35,709 bases of DNA, taken from the IMG/VR virus record IMGVR_UViG_3300010383_000020, positions 1 through 35,709 of that record; one strand, 5' to 3'. The number at the start of each line of letters is the position of its first letter. The stretch's first letter is position 1. The DNA comes from a virus. Taxonomy: Duplodnaviria; Caudoviricetes. Positions 1 through 9,675 of this stretch are shown here, in pieces. The notes under the pieces were generated by a model. The model saw nothing but the letters and a program-made list of their open reading frames with translations. It was not told the DNA's origin and made no database searches. Position numbers and translations under genes: made by a program.

Positions 1-55
1 CCTGGACCCCGTCCGCGAAGAACTCGTCGGCCGACAGCGCGTGGGCCTCGGCGAC
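1..55. repeat. Terminal 55-bp direct repeat (assembly overlap of a circular molecule)
   Basis: CCTGGACCCC...CCTCGGCGAC at 1-55 is identical to 35655-35709. Confidence 0.97.
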
Positions 56-319
56 GACGGCGATCGCGTCGTACAGGGTGGACCCGGCCGGCGCCGATCC
101 CGCGATCGCGAGGAAGTCGTCGCCCGACACCTCGTAGGACCGCGTCGCGCCGGCGATCGGCCGCAGTCCGCCGGCGAAGGCGTCCGCGTCCCGCCAGCCC
201 GCGAAGTCGAGGCGGATCGCCTGGGCGACGGCCGAGATCACGATGACCGTGGCGCGCCAGTAGGAGGCCGCATAGGCGACGCCCGACCCGTCGGTGTAGC
301 TCGATTTGATGATGGCCAT
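1..319 (-). CDS. Hypothetical protein (107 aa) spanning the circular junction, stop at 35650-35652
   Basis: ATG 319: MAIIKSSYTDGSGVAYAASYWR...DEFFADGVQA*; TGATG coupling to the ORF starting at 35650; absent from the ORF track because it crosses the end. Confidence 0.8.
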   Translation of the reverse strand, partial: MAIIKSSYTDGSGVAYAASYWRATVIVISAVAQAIRLDFAGWRDADAFAGGLRPIAGATRSYEVSGDDFLAIAGSAPAGSTLYDAIAVVAEAHALSADEFFADGVQ

Positions 320-332
320 GTAAGCATCCCAC

Positions 333-881
333 TCACAACGAATGGAAGAACCGCCCGCCTTCGAGCGAGCCGGAATCGTAGCGGTCGAGGAACACGCAGT
401 TGAACCAGTTGCGCTGGGGGGAGGTCTTCGGCAGGTTGAGCGCGAGCCCGCCCCGGAACGCGACCCTGAGCCAGAACGGATTCGTCACGTACCGATTGCG
501 CGTGTACGTCGCGACGACCGACCCGCCGTCCAGGATTTGGATGGTTGACGTCTCGTTGTAGGTGACGTCCACGCAATAGACCGAGCAGACGTAGGCCGCC
601 AGGTCCGGGACCGTGATCGCGACCCCGATGTCGGTGTCGCCGTCGCGATCGTTGGCGAAGGCCGAGACCGACGACGAGCCGCCGTTGGGGGCGATGACGC
701 GCTCGGCCGACCCGCCGCCGACGTTGGCGGTGGCCCGATAGGTGCCGGTGAGGTCGATCGCGTAGCCGGCCGGCATGAGGCCCCACGACGCCTGCCCCGC
801 GACGACCCGGGCGAGGCCCCCGCAGCTCCCACGCCAGTCCCCTTTGGACACCGTGTCCAGCCCGTGCAGTACGGCCGCCAT
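333..881 (-). CDS. Putative tail-associated beta-rich protein
   Basis: ATG 881 (MAAVLHGLDTVSKGDWRG...), 182 aa, in the late operon after the collagen-like gene. Confidence 0.65.
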   Translation of the reverse strand: MAAVLHGLDTVSKGDWRGSCGGLARVVAGQASWGLMPAGYAIDLTGTYRATANVGGGSAERVIAPNGGSSSVSAFANDRDGDTDIGVAITVPDLAAYVCSVYCVDVTYNETSTIQILDGGSVVATYTRNRYVTNPFWLRVAFRGGLALNLPKTSPQRNWFNCVFLDRYDSGSLEGGRFFHSL

Positions 882-895
882 GTCCGATGCCTCGC

Positions 896-2011
896 TTATG
901 ACAGGTAGAGGACGACGAGCACGTCTTGGACGCCGGTCCCGGCGGCCGTGCAATCGACGGTATAGACGTCGTTCTCGGCGACCGACGTGGTCGTCGGGAC
1001 GAAGGTCTGGACCGTCGTGGTCGACGCGGCCACGGCCGGATTCGCCGCGAAGATCGACGCGCCGTTGCGGTTGATGCGGAGCGTGAAGCCGCCGGAACCG
1101 CCGTTGGTGGACGCCTGGATCTTGACCTTGGAGATCGCCCCGGCCGCCCCGGCGATCCGCCCCGAACGGGTTAGGTTGGTCCCTGCGGCGAGGTCCGCCA
1201 GCCGGGCGAGTTGGAACGTCATCGCCCCGCCGCCGCCGCCTCCGCCCGCCGGGTCCTGCCACGAGGCCGCGTAATCGGCCCCGCTCGTCTTGGTCAGGAC
1301 CTGGCCGGTCGTCCCCCCGGTCGGCACGCCGACGCCGGGATCGCCTTGATCGCCCTTGGGGCCCGCGTCACCCGCGGGGCCTTGCGGCCCGTCGTCCCCG
1401 GGGTCCCCTTTGGGCCCCGGCTCGCCTTGCGGGCCCACGTCGCCGGTGTCGCCTTTGGGGCCCTGGACGCCCTGGATGCCCTGCAAGCCCTGCAAGCCCT
1501 GGGGGCCTTGGTTGCCCGGGTCGCCCTTGTCGCCCTTCGGCCCGGTCGGGCCCGGCTCGCCCTGGGGGCCTTGCTCGCCGGCGTCGCCTTTGGGGCCTTG
1601 CTCCCCCTGAGGCCCGACGTCGCCCGCGTCGCCCTTCGGGCCGGGCTCCCCTTGCGGGCCCGGAGTCATCGCGCGGGCCCACAGCTCCTCGACGTCGCGG
1701 CCCACCGGGACGCACGCGACCACGTCCCCCGCCTCGACGCCGAACGGCTCGGACCCGACGTCGGGTCCATCGACGGTCAGCACGTTGGACGACCGGCCGA
1801 CCACGATCAAGACGCCCCGGCGCGTCGCCCCGGCCGAGTCCCAGACCGAAAGCCGGAGCTTGGCGTCCGGCCCCGGGCTCCCGAACTTGGCCGCGTCGCC
1901 CGGCCGGATGTAGATTTCTCCGCCCCCGGCCTCCATCGGGGCCGTCGCGACCGACTCGGCGAGATCCGGACATATGTACGGCATTTGGTGCTGTGTCCTT
2001 CTGGATGTCAT
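896..2011 (-). CDS. Collagen-like tail fibre/decoration protein
   Basis: ATG 2011 overlapping upstream stop (ATGA); 36 Gly-X-Y triplets followed by [17 protein letters not shown], typical of phage fibres. Confidence 0.85.
   Translation of the reverse strand: MTSRRTQHQMPYICPDLAESVATAPMEAGGGEIYIRPGDAAKFGSPGPDAKLRLSVWDSAGATRRGVLIVVGRSSNVLTVDGPDVGSEPFGVEAGDVVACVPVGRDVEELWARAMTPGPQGEPGPKGDAGDVGPQGEQGPKGDAGEQGPQGEPGPTGPKGDKGDPGNQGPQGLQGLQGIQGVQGPKGDTGDVGPQGEPGPKGDPGDDGPQGPAGDAGPKGDQGDPGVGVPTGGTTGQVLTKTSGADYAASWQDPAGGGGGGGAMTFQLARLADLAAGTNLTRSGRIAGAAGAISKVKIQASTNGGSGGFTLRINRNGASIFAANPAVAASTTTVQTFVPTTTSVAENDVYTVDCTAAGTGVQDVLVVLYLS
1337..1660 (-). repeat. Collagen Gly-X-Y coding repeat (36 triplets)
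   Basis: [15 protein letters not shown]...GPKGDQGDP. Confidence 0.95.
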
Positions 2012-2352
2012 CCGCGGGGGCCGAGGCACGAGGCGCAGTCGTCGAGCCTGGCGTCCCGGCCGAGGTGATGGCACTTGTGGGAGCCGTCGCAGCCGCAATC
2101 GGGGGGGCCGGCGTACCAGCAGTCCAGCCGCCCCAGCCAGAGGGCGCGGCGGACCTCGGCCCCGAAGATCGGCGACGGCCGGGGCGGCGGGGGCGGGGCC
2201 GGGGCGAGCGGGCCGGGAAGGGATGCCGCCCGAACGGCCGCGACCTGGGACGGCTCGCCCCCGGACGCCAGGTCGCAAAGGACGCCGTAGGACGGATCGA
2301 CCTGGGCCCGGCACGGCCCGTCCGTCACCGGGCAGTGCTCGCAGCGGCCCAT
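2008..2352 (-). CDS. Small Cys-rich hypothetical protein
   Basis: ATG 2352 coupled to upstream stop; CEHC, DCGC, CASC motifs, Pro-rich linker. Confidence 0.7.
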   Translation of the reverse strand: MGRCEHCPVTDGPCRAQVDPSYGVLCDLASGGEPSQVAAVRAASLPGPLAPAPPPPPRPSPIFGAEVRRALWLGRLDCWYAGPPDCGCDGSHKCHHLGRDARLDDCASCLGPRG

Positions 2353-3254
2353 CACAGCTCCATCAGCGTCAGCGACGCGAACAGGTTTTGGGTCGTCGCC
2401 GGGGGCGTCGACCCCCAGGGGTAGCGGCTCTCCCAGGTCGACAGCGGCCAGGTCGCCGTGAGCACGAACGGGTTGCAACTGACGACGGTCACGGCCGCGA
2501 CGTGGGGGGCGAGCGTCGTCGTGCAGTCCTCGGTGTCGACCCAATTGCGGGCCCAGACCTCAGGCGTGCCGACGACCGGCCCCGTGCAACTCTGGTACGT
2601 CATCGGGTCGATGCGGTTGTGGCCCCGCTTGTCGAACGCCGCATGGGCGACGGACCAGACGTTCGTGTTCGAGTTGTAGGAGACGAAGATCCGGCACAGC
2701 CGCCGGCCCGTCGTGATCTCCGGGAAGTCCAGATAGGAGCACGTCCCGCCGCTCCCGTTGGAGACGGTCTTCTCCACCAGCGCGGCCGGGCCGACCGGGA
2801 TCGGATCGGAGAGGACGCACGCGACCGACGAGCATCCGACGAAGTCCCAGGATTGGCCGCCCGACGTCGTCGCCCGGATCGGCCCCCGGGGGATGGGGGA
2901 TCGGGACCCGGGCGGACAGACGTTGCCGTAGCAGCAGGTGTACCCCGTCGCCGCCGCCAGCTGGACGACGTTCGTCAGCGACGACGAGACCGAGACCGTC
3001 GCCCCGTACGTCGCGAACCGGGCGTGCGGGGCCGGGACCCGGACGTATCGCGAGCCGCCGGACGCGAGATAGACGACCGCGATCCCGCTCGAATTGGCGA
3101 TCGCCGACCCGAGGAGGGTCGTCATCGACGAGTTCGAATAGACCTCGACGAGGGCCCCGGGGACGGGCTCGTTCGAACAGCCGCGCACCAGGAATGTGAA
3201 GGGCGTGCCGGTCGGCCCGCAGCAGCAGCGATTGACGGCGAAGCGCGTTTGCAT
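2352..3254 (-). CDS. Cys-rich minor tail protein with Ig/carboxypeptidase-regulatory-like N-terminal domain
   Basis: NRCCCG N-terminus, [10 protein letters not shown]...ANSSG pattern, Ser/Thr/Cys-rich. Confidence 0.7.
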   Translation of the reverse strand: MQTRFAVNRCCCGPTGTPFTFLVRGCSNEPVPGALVEVYSNSSMTTLLGSAIANSSGIAVVYLASGGSRYVRVPAPHARFATYGATVSVSSSLTNVVQLAAATGYTCCYGNVCPPGSRSPIPRGPIRATTSGGQSWDFVGCSSVACVLSDPIPVGPAALVEKTVSNGSGGTCSYLDFPEITTGRRLCRIFVSYNSNTNVWSVAHAAFDKRGHNRIDPMTYQSCTGPVVGTPEVWARNWVDTEDCTTTLAPHVAAVTVVSCNPFVLTATWPLSTWESRYPWGSTPPATTQNLFASLTLMEL

Positions 3255-3263
3255 GCGATGATG

Positions 3264-3620
3264 TCACGGGCAGGGGGCGAGGGCGACCCACCAGGCCGCG
3301 TCGACCCACACGAGCAGGACGACGGCGTTGACGGGAATCGACGCGCCCGGGTACATGTTCTTCACGTCGACGGGGGCCCCGGCGGACGCCCCGGCCCGAT
3401 AGACCTGGACCTTGCCGGCCCCCGGGGCGGTCCAGGGCGACGAGGACGAGCCGGCCGTCACCGCGACCGTCACCCGGCCCCATGCGAAGGGGCACGCGGC
3501 GGTGTCCCCCTTGACCGGCCGGCCCCGGGACGCCGCCGGCGTGCCCAGCGTCAGCCGCGTCGCGTCGATCACCTTGCGGCCCGTCCGTTCGTCGAAGGCC
3601 ACGGCCCGATTCGGTCCCAT
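3264..3620 (-). CDS. Minor tail protein (hypothetical)
   Basis: 118 aa, tight spacing within the tail operon. Confidence 0.7.
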   Translation of the reverse strand: MGPNRAVAFDERTGRKVIDATRLTLGTPAASRGRPVKGDTAACPFAWGRVTVAVTAGSSSSPWTAPGAGKVQVYRAGASAGAPVDVKNMYPGASIPVNAVVLLVWVDAAWWVALAPCP

Positions 3621-3623
3621 GCG

Positions 3624-4562
3624 TCACCCGAAGAGGTTGGGGGGGAAGTTGAAGGCCTCGAAGTCGGCCGTCTTGTAGAGGTTGAACGACAGGTAGACGG
3701 GGGCCGATGCGACGTCCCACGTCCCGTCGGCCCGGAGCGGGACCGGCTCGGTGACCGGCTGCATGTCCTGGTCGTAGATCTTCACGAGCTTCGTGCCGAC
3801 CAGCTGCATCTTGCCGGCGTTGAGGACCGCCACGGCCCAGCCGGGGAAGACCTTGTCCGAGCCCGCGACGACCGGCGGCCGGAAGCCGAACACGTACGTC
3901 GTCCGGTGCAGGAGCCCCCAATCCCCGTCCGTGAACGGCTCGGATTCGATGCTCATGCAGCGGACCGACTCGGCGGGCCAGCCGTACCACTCGGCGTCGT
4001 TGAGGCGGTCCTTGTAGCCGATCGCCGTCGCGGGGTCGAAGCTCTGCTCGACGCGGACCACGGTGGCCGTCAGGACCGATTCGGGGATCGTCAACGGTGG
4101 GTCGAACGGCTGGCCGGCCGCGTTCAGGATCGGTGCGCCGTCCCGGTCCCGCATGCAGGCCAACTCCCGCTCCGTGGTGCCCCATCGGACGTCGGGCCGG
4201 GCCATCCAGGGCGCCATGATCCAATTGGCGAGCCCGGGCCCCTGCGCGGGCCCGTCCGTCGAGACGTCCCGCGAGCCGTATTCCAGCGTCACCGCGAACC
4301 GCAGGCCGCTCGGGTCGTCGCGGCGGATGCGGACGCGCTGGAGGTAGGACCCGAAGTCGGTCTCGGTGGGGGCGTCGAACGGGTAGCGGTAGGGCGACCC
4401 GGCGAGGAACCCCGCCGCCGCGAGATAGTCCCGGATGGCCGCCGGCCCGTCGCCGGGCCCGTCGACCACGGCGACGCACTCGACGACGTAGGACCGGCCG
4501 GACAGGTCGGCGACGTGCTCGATCGCCCCGTCTTTCTTCGGCGCGATGCTCTTGAGGCCCAT
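3624..4562 (-). CDS. Putative distal tail/tail-tip hub protein
   Basis: 312 aa immediately downstream of the tape measure gene. Confidence 0.65.
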   Translation of the reverse strand: MGLKSIAPKKDGAIEHVADLSGRSYVVECVAVVDGPGDGPAAIRDYLAAAGFLAGSPYRYPFDAPTETDFGSYLQRVRIRRDDPSGLRFAVTLEYGSRDVSTDGPAQGPGLANWIMAPWMARPDVRWGTTERELACMRDRDGAPILNAAGQPFDPPLTIPESVLTATVVRVEQSFDPATAIGYKDRLNDAEWYGWPAESVRCMSIESEPFTDGDWGLLHRTTYVFGFRPPVVAGSDKVFPGWAVAVLNAGKMQLVGTKLVKIYDQDMQPVTEPVPLRADGTWDVASAPVYLSFNLYKTADFEAFNFPPNLFG

Positions 4563-4572
4563 GGCGCTCCGC

Positions 4573-6822
4573 TCACATGGTCATGACGTTGATGAACGGG
4601 ACCCCCGGGCCGAGGTTGGACCGGATCGCCTGCAAGGTCTCGCGGCCCACCTGCACGAGTTCCGCCGTGTTGACGGCCGTCCGCTTCGCCGCCGCCGCCT
4701 GCTCGTTCCGGAGCAGGCCGAACGCGTGGTTGGCCTCGACGGACGCCGCCTCCTTCGAGCCCAACGTGTAGGCCCCGGAGAAGCCCCCTTGCTTCCGCTC
4801 GGCCTTGTAGGGGGCCCCGACGTTCTTGGGGTTGGCCGCGAAGTCGAGGGCCCCCATCGCCTCCTTGGCCGCCTTGCCGACGTCTTCCAGGCCCTTCACC
4901 ATCGCCTCGCGGATCAGGTCCGCGAGCCGTTCGCCGGTCCCCACCCACTCGGACGCCGACCGCTCCCATTCCTTGGCCTCGCGGCGGAACCCCTTCGCCT
5001 TGGCCGCGTTGACGAGGATGGGCCCGATCAGCTTGTCGCCGGAGAGGCCGACCTTGTTCATCCCCTCGCCGATGACGTTGTAGAGGCCCGAGAGGGCGTC
5101 GAGGCTCCCGGCCGCGAAGCGGTAGACCTTCGCCATCGCGGCCTCGACGGCCCCGCCGACGAAGGCCCAGGCCTTGGCGAGCACGACGACGCCGGCCGTC
5201 ACCGCCTGGACGCCCCACCCGGCCTTGCCCGCCGCCTCCGAGGTCACCCCGAACCAGCCGAAGACGGCCTCGGAATTGGCCTCCCAGGCGGTCTTGAGCG
5301 CGTGGAGCCCGACGTTGATCCCGCCCAGCAGCTCGCCGAACGCGGGGGCGACCGACGTCCCGATCGCGACCGTGAGCGCGTCCAGGCGGCCCCAGAACTC
5401 GGCGATCCGGGCCGCCGGCCCGTCGGACTCGCGGGACAACGCCCCCATGTCCTTGGTGAGCCCCTGGACGATCAGGGCCATCCGGGCCTGCACCTTCTGC
5501 GTCTGCGAGAGCTCCTTCCCGACCTTGGCGATGCCCTTCTGGTAGGCGTAGAGCTTGACCGTGTCCTCGTCGATCAGGATGCCGAGCGACTTCAGCGGCT
5601 CGGCCTCCCCCGACAGGCCGGACATGATCTTCTGGAGGCTCGTCGCGAAGGGGAGGTCGCGGCGGGCGGACAGGTCGGCCGCCAGCTTCGAGAAGTTGGC
5701 CGCGAGCTTCGCCGCGTCCCGCTCCGCGTAGCCGACGCCCTGGAGGAGCGCCCCGAGCGACGACGCCCCGTCCAGGAACTCCCTCTGCTGGGTGCCGTAG
5801 GCCCGCGACATGGCGGCGGACGCCTTCAGGACGCCGCCCGCGTACTGGCCGAACTGGTCGCGGGTTTTATTGAACGTCTCGTTCAGGTGCGCGGCGTGCG
5901 AGGCCGCCTTGACCAGGAACGTCGCCACGCCGGCCGCCGCCAGGCCGCCCACGAGGGCGAGCCCCGAGCCGACAGAAACGAGCGTCGAGGCGAGCGAAGT
6001 GAAGACGCTCACGAGCCCGGAGACGGCCGTGGCCACGACGTTCCAGCCGACCTTGAGGAAGGCGACGCCGACGCCGACGACGCCCCGGGCGACGTTCAAG
6101 GCGCCCGCCGCGAGGCCTCGGAGGCCGTCCCCCATCGTCAGGAGCGGGATGCCGGCCCGCTTGGCGTGATACCAGGCCTCGGCCAGGTTCGTCGCCCGGT
6201 CGGCCGTCCCCCGGGCCGCGTCGCGGGCCCGCCAGAGGTGCTGGACGACCTTCGCCGCGTTGGGGGCGAAGTCCCGGAACGCCGTCGACGTGCGGACGAC
6301 GGACGACCCGAGGCCGACGACGCCCTCGACGCTCCGGGCCGCCGAGAAGACGAGGCCGGGGAGCTTCTGCTCCGCGACGACGGCCGCCTTGGCCCCCAGC
6401 TGGGCCAGCTCGGCGAGGAACAGCTTGAAACGCCACTTCTCGGACGCCTCGCGGCCCGCCTTGATCGAGGCCGCCGTGCGGTCGATCTTCGCCCGGAGCC
6501 GGTCGGCCGCCTCGCCGCCCCCCATGAAGGCGAGCTTCAGCCGGTCGAACGTGTTGCGGGCGCCGACGCCCGCCCGGTGCAGGTCGCCCACGCCGAGGGT
6601 CGCCCTGCCGAGCGACGTGGCCGCCCCCATCCCGTCGAGGACGCGGCGGACGGATTGCAGGTGGCCGGACGACGACCCCAGACCCGCGAAGGCCTTGTCG
6701 ATCTTGGGGCCGATGGACCCCGCCCAATCGTCGGCGAGGCGGGTCGTCCGGGCGAGGCCGGCCCGGAACCCCGACACGTCGGCCCCGACCCGGACCACGA
6801 TCCGCGACAACGGACCGGGCAT
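4573..6822 (-). CDS. Tail tape measure protein
   Basis: ATG 6822 (MPGPLSRIVVRVGADVSGF), ~749 aa Ala/Gly-rich; LAADLSA...SGLSGEAEPLKSLGI TMP motif. Confidence 0.9.
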   Translation of the reverse strand: MPGPLSRIVVRVGADVSGFRAGLARTTRLADDWAGSIGPKIDKAFAGLGSSSGHLQSVRRVLDGMGAATSLGRATLGVGDLHRAGVGARNTFDRLKLAFMGGGEAADRLRAKIDRTAASIKAGREASEKWRFKLFLAELAQLGAKAAVVAEQKLPGLVFSAARSVEGVVGLGSSVVRTSTAFRDFAPNAAKVVQHLWRARDAARGTADRATNLAEAWYHAKRAGIPLLTMGDGLRGLAAGALNVARGVVGVGVAFLKVGWNVVATAVSGLVSVFTSLASTLVSVGSGLALVGGLAAAGVATFLVKAASHAAHLNETFNKTRDQFGQYAGGVLKASAAMSRAYGTQQREFLDGASSLGALLQGVGYAERDAAKLAANFSKLAADLSARRDLPFATSLQKIMSGLSGEAEPLKSLGILIDEDTVKLYAYQKGIAKVGKELSQTQKVQARMALIVQGLTKDMGALSRESDGPAARIAEFWGRLDALTVAIGTSVAPAFGELLGGINVGLHALKTAWEANSEAVFGWFGVTSEAAGKAGWGVQAVTAGVVVLAKAWAFVGGAVEAAMAKVYRFAAGSLDALSGLYNVIGEGMNKVGLSGDKLIGPILVNAAKAKGFRREAKEWERSASEWVGTGERLADLIREAMVKGLEDVGKAAKEAMGALDFAANPKNVGAPYKAERKQGGFSGAYTLGSKEAASVEANHAFGLLRNEQAAAAKRTAVNTAELVQVGRETLQAIRSNLGPGVPFINVMTM

Positions 6823-6824
6823 GA

Positions 6825-7226
6825 TCACCCCTTTCCGGCCGCCGAGGCGATGCCGGCGCCGATCAGGAATTCCATGTGGCGGACGGCCGCCGGCGCGCAG
6901 GCGTCGAAGGCCGTCGTCATGAAGAACGTGGGCGGGACGGTCGCCGTCCCGTAGTGGACGAACGCCGGGTAGAAATCCCCGGCGAACGGCTCGGAGAAGA
7001 ACCCGACGAGGAAGCCGGACCCGTCGGGCGCCGGCCGGGCCTCGACGTGGTCCCGCATGAAGCCGGTGTCGACCAGCCCGAGTTGCGCGACCGTCGACCG
7101 GATCGACGCCCGGACCTCCTCGGCCGCCTCGCGGGCCGCCGCCAGGCCGGCCGCCGACGCGGCGGCGGAAAGGGCCCGGCACTTCCGCCGGAGTTCCGGC
7201 AGGCCCAGGACGACGGTCTTAGCCAT
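6825..7226 (-). CDS. HK97 gp10-like tail-completion protein
   Basis: VLGLPEL...VDTGFMRDH...FYPAFVHYGT...PTFFMTTAFD pattern. Confidence 0.8.
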   Translation of the reverse strand: MAKTVVLGLPELRRKCRALSAAASAAGLAAAREAAEEVRASIRSTVAQLGLVDTGFMRDHVEARPAPDGSGFLVGFFSEPFAGDFYPAFVHYGTATVPPTFFMTTAFDACAPAAVRHMEFLIGAGIASAAGKG

Positions 7227-7856
7227 CGCGGACCCCGAACCCCCGCAGGATGCGGGCCTCCGACTCCTCGGCCGTCTCCTCGACCTCGACGGCCCGGGCC
7301 GGCTTCATCAGGTAGTCGTCGAACTTCGGCCCGTCGCCGGACCACGCCGAGGAGACCGCGTGGGCCACGATCGCCGCGTCCGCGTGGGCGTCCGGCAGCG
7401 GCTCGACGTAGAGGTGGTAGGCCATCCAGAGGGAAAGCTCCGAGGACGGGGCCGCCGCCACTTCGTAGAAGAACTTGCCGAGCCGCAGGGCGACCCGGCA
7501 GGCCCAGGCCTCGGCCGCGTTCCCGCTCAGCCTTTTCCCAGGTGGGCGACCGCCTCGTCGGTCATCGCGTTGACCCGGTTGGCCGCCTCGCCCAGCCTCG
7601 TCACCACGGCCGCCGAGAGGCCGAGGATCGCCGGGACGTCGTCGGGCGTGAACAGCGGCGACCCGTCGTCCGCGACGGCCGAGGCCGCCACCAGCCGGGC
7701 CAGGAACTCGGCCGGGGGCCGGCCGTCGGCCGCCTCCTCGAAGGCGATCCGCTCGCCGACGGTCAGCTCGCGGACCGTGACCTCGCCCCGGCCCGGGATC
7801 TCGACGGTTTCGGTCCGGAGCGGGGCGACGACGGCGAAGAACTTCTCTCGGTTCAT
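7219..7856 (-). CDS. Tail assembly chaperone, -1 frameshift-extended form (lambda gpGT-like)
   Basis: -1 frame from G GGA AAA reads GKRLSGNAAEAWACRVALRLGKFFYEV into the 7219-7461 ORF (SSELSLWMAY). Confidence 0.85.
7527..7856 (-). CDS. Tail assembly chaperone (gpG-like)
   Basis: VEIPGRGEVTVRELTVGER...DDGSPLFT; follows the tail tube gene; ends LGKG*. Confidence 0.85.
   Translation of the reverse strand: MNREKFFAVVAPLRTETVEIPGRGEVTVRELTVGERIAFEEAADGRPPAEFLARLVAASAVADDGSPLFTPDDVPAILGLSAAVVTRLGEAANRVNAMTDEAVAHLGKG
7533..7539 (-). other. Programmed -1 frameshift slippery site GGGAAAA
   Basis: CTG GGA AAA GGC TGA fits X XXY YYZ just before the chaperone stop. Confidence 0.85.
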
Positions 7857-7863
7857 GCGGGCC

Positions 7864-8301
7864 TCAGCTGATGGTCGCGTAGACGGGGACGCCGGTGACC
7901 TTGACCACCACGGACGACGTGACGGCCTCGCCGCGCCGGTTGCAGTTGGGGTTCCATTGCTTGGCGTAGCCGGCCCAGGTGATCGTCTTGCCGGACGGCA
8001 GGGTGATCTGCCACTTGTGGACGGTGCGGGCCGCCGGGAGCCCCCGCAGGAAGCCGTGGACGGCGTCGGCGGGGTCGTATTCGACCTCGACGGTCACCTC
8101 GCCGCCGTCGTACATGCCGGGGAGGAATTCCTTCCCGTCCGACGCGTAGTTGGTGACCTCGACGTCGTCCACCTGCTCGTTCGGCGGGACGATGTTCTTG
8201 ATGCCGGGGACGTCCGTGAACGTCTCCGTGCCCTCGTGGCCGACCGGCTCCTGATCGACGCCGAGCGTGATCCCGTTGTTGATGTATGGCGCGTAAGGCA
8301 C
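7864..8301 (-). CDS. Major tail tube protein
   Basis: VEVTNYASDGKEFLPGMYDGGEVTVEVEYDP...VKVTGVP, siphovirus tube pattern. Confidence 0.85.
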   Translation of the reverse strand: MPYAPYINNGITLGVDQEPVGHEGTETFTDVPGIKNIVPPNEQVDDVEVTNYASDGKEFLPGMYDGGEVTVEVEYDPADAVHGFLRGLPAARTVHKWQITLPSGKTITWAGYAKQWNPNCNRRGEAVTSSVVVKVTGVPVYATIS

Positions 8302-8310
8302 GTTAGGCCC

Positions 8311-8799
8311 TCATGTGACGCGATGGACGATTCGGAGGTCCAGGACGACCCGGAACATGCACGGGTCCTGGGCCGCCCCGGGACGCTCCGGCAGGTCGAG
8401 TTCATTGACGAGTTCGCAGTCTTCGATGCACACCGCCCCGACCCACCCCGAGAAGTCGACCAGCCGCGACCGGCAGGCCCGGGCCGCCAGGGCGGCCGCC
8501 GCCTGCGTCTCGGCCCAGGCGTTCACCTGGACGCGGGTCGACGCCCAGGCGGCGCCGCGATAATTCCGCTCCTCGGAGGACGACGCGACCATGAAGGCCA
8601 CCGCCGGATACTCCGGGGCGAACGGCAGGGCGCCGGGCCAGATGCGGCCCCCCACCGTCGCGGCGAGGGCCGGGGACGTCGAGAGCAGGCGATAGACCGC
8701 CTGCCGGAGCGTGGCGGGCTGGGGGGCGGCGGGGCCGCCGCCCCCGCCCAGGGAGCCCCAGGGGCGGAGGGAGCCCCAGGGCTTCAGGCTTCCCCACAT
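8311..8799 (-). CDS. Tail terminator (DUF3168-like) with N-terminal WGSL repeats
   Basis: LAATVGGRIWP...YPAV...RVQVNAWA pattern; directly upstream of the tube gene. Confidence 0.8.
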   Translation of the reverse strand: MWGSLKPWGSLRPWGSLGGGGGPAAPQPATLRQAVYRLLSTSPALAATVGGRIWPGALPFAPEYPAVAFMVASSSEERNYRGAAWASTRVQVNAWAETQAAAALAARACRSRLVDFSGWVGAVCIEDCELVNELDLPERPGAAQDPCMFRVVLDLRIVHRVT

Positions 8800-8809
8800 G
8801 GCGACGTCC

Positions 8810-9151
8810 TCATCGGGGCTTGCTCGTCGCGGCGACCACGAGCCAGGCGTTGCGTCGCTCGACGTTCACGACGCCGGTGACGTACAGGTATTGGGGCGGA
8901 GACGTCCCGAGCAGCCGGAACCGGCCCGAATGCTCGACGTCGGGCCGCCAGCGGATCGTGACCCGGTGCAGGCCCTCGGCCGCGTTCCCGCCGGCGTAAT
9001 AGACCTCCTTGGCCGAGAGGGCCCGGACGGCCGCGAACCCCTCCCAGACCGTCGACCAGTCGCGGACCTCCTGGCCGTCCAGGTCGCGGCCCACGACGAC
9101 CTTGGCCTCGTACGCGACCTTCGTGCGGAGTTCGCCGGGGTCGATTTTCAT
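8810..9151 (-). CDS. Head closure / head-tail adaptor (SPP1 gp16-like)
   Basis: ATG 9151 MKIDPGELRTKV...HRVTIRWRPDV. Confidence 0.85.
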   Translation of the reverse strand: MKIDPGELRTKVAYEAKVVVGRDLDGQEVRDWSTVWEGFAAVRALSAKEVYYAGGNAAEGLHRVTIRWRPDVEHSGRFRLLGTSPPQYLYVTGVVNVERRNAWLVVAATSKPR

Positions 9152-9675
9152 GCGGGGGGAAGCTCCCCGCCCCAGGAGAGGGAGGCCGCGAGGCTGGCGA
9201 CGTGGGGCGGGACGTCGTCCGGCGCCGAGCGGTTGTCCCAGGCCCACGCCAGCAGGGCCCGGATGGCGGTCCGGGCCGTCGCGGGGACGGCCTCGGGGGC
9301 GTCGCCGTAGCCGGCCCGATAGGTGATGACGGCGGTCCGGCCCGGGCTCCCCAGCGAGTAGCGGGACTCTCCGACGGCCGCCAGGGCCCCGACGTCCTCG
9401 ACCGGCTCGCCGTCGATCTCGACCGATTCGAGGGCCTGGACCGGGGCCCGCAAGAGCCGGACGACGCCCGACGCGGGTATCACGCGCGTCTCGCGGAGCG
9501 TCTGAGTCAAAAACGCCCGGGCCGTCCGCCGCTCCAGGACCTCGCGGCACGACTGGATCAGGTCCGCAACGTCGTCGTCCTGATCCGTCAGGTCCTGCCA
9601 GAGGTTGAGCCAGCGCTTGCCTTGCTCCAGGCTCAGCGGCTCGACGGCCGGGGGCGTCAGGGTTTCGAGCTTCAA
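9148..9675 (-). CDS. Head-tail connector (HK97 gp6-like)
   Basis: TTG 9675; PPAVEPLSLEQGK...ITYRAGYG...WDNRS. Confidence 0.85.
   Translation of the reverse strand: MKLETLTPPAVEPLSLEQGKRWLNLWQDLTDQDDDVADLIQSCREVLERRTARAFLTQTLRETRVIPASGVVRLLRAPVQALESVEIDGEPVEDVGALAAVGESRYSLGSPGRTAVITYRAGYGDAPEAVPATARTAIRALLAWAWDNRSAPDDVPPHVASLAASLSWGGELPPA

Noticed and set aside
1-55. 55-bp terminal repeat as a biological terminal repeat or att site
   Set aside because: It lies mid-gene and its length matches a common assembler k-mer, so it is best read as circular overlap
1337-1660. Tandem DNA repeats as a diversity-generating or regulatory array
   Set aside because: Fully explained by collagen coding; no reverse transcriptase or template/variable repeat pair seen
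1974-6954. Long plus-strand ORFs (870 aa, 802 aa)
   Set aside because: Arg/Pro/Gly-rich shadow frames antisense to tail genes, expected at this GC content
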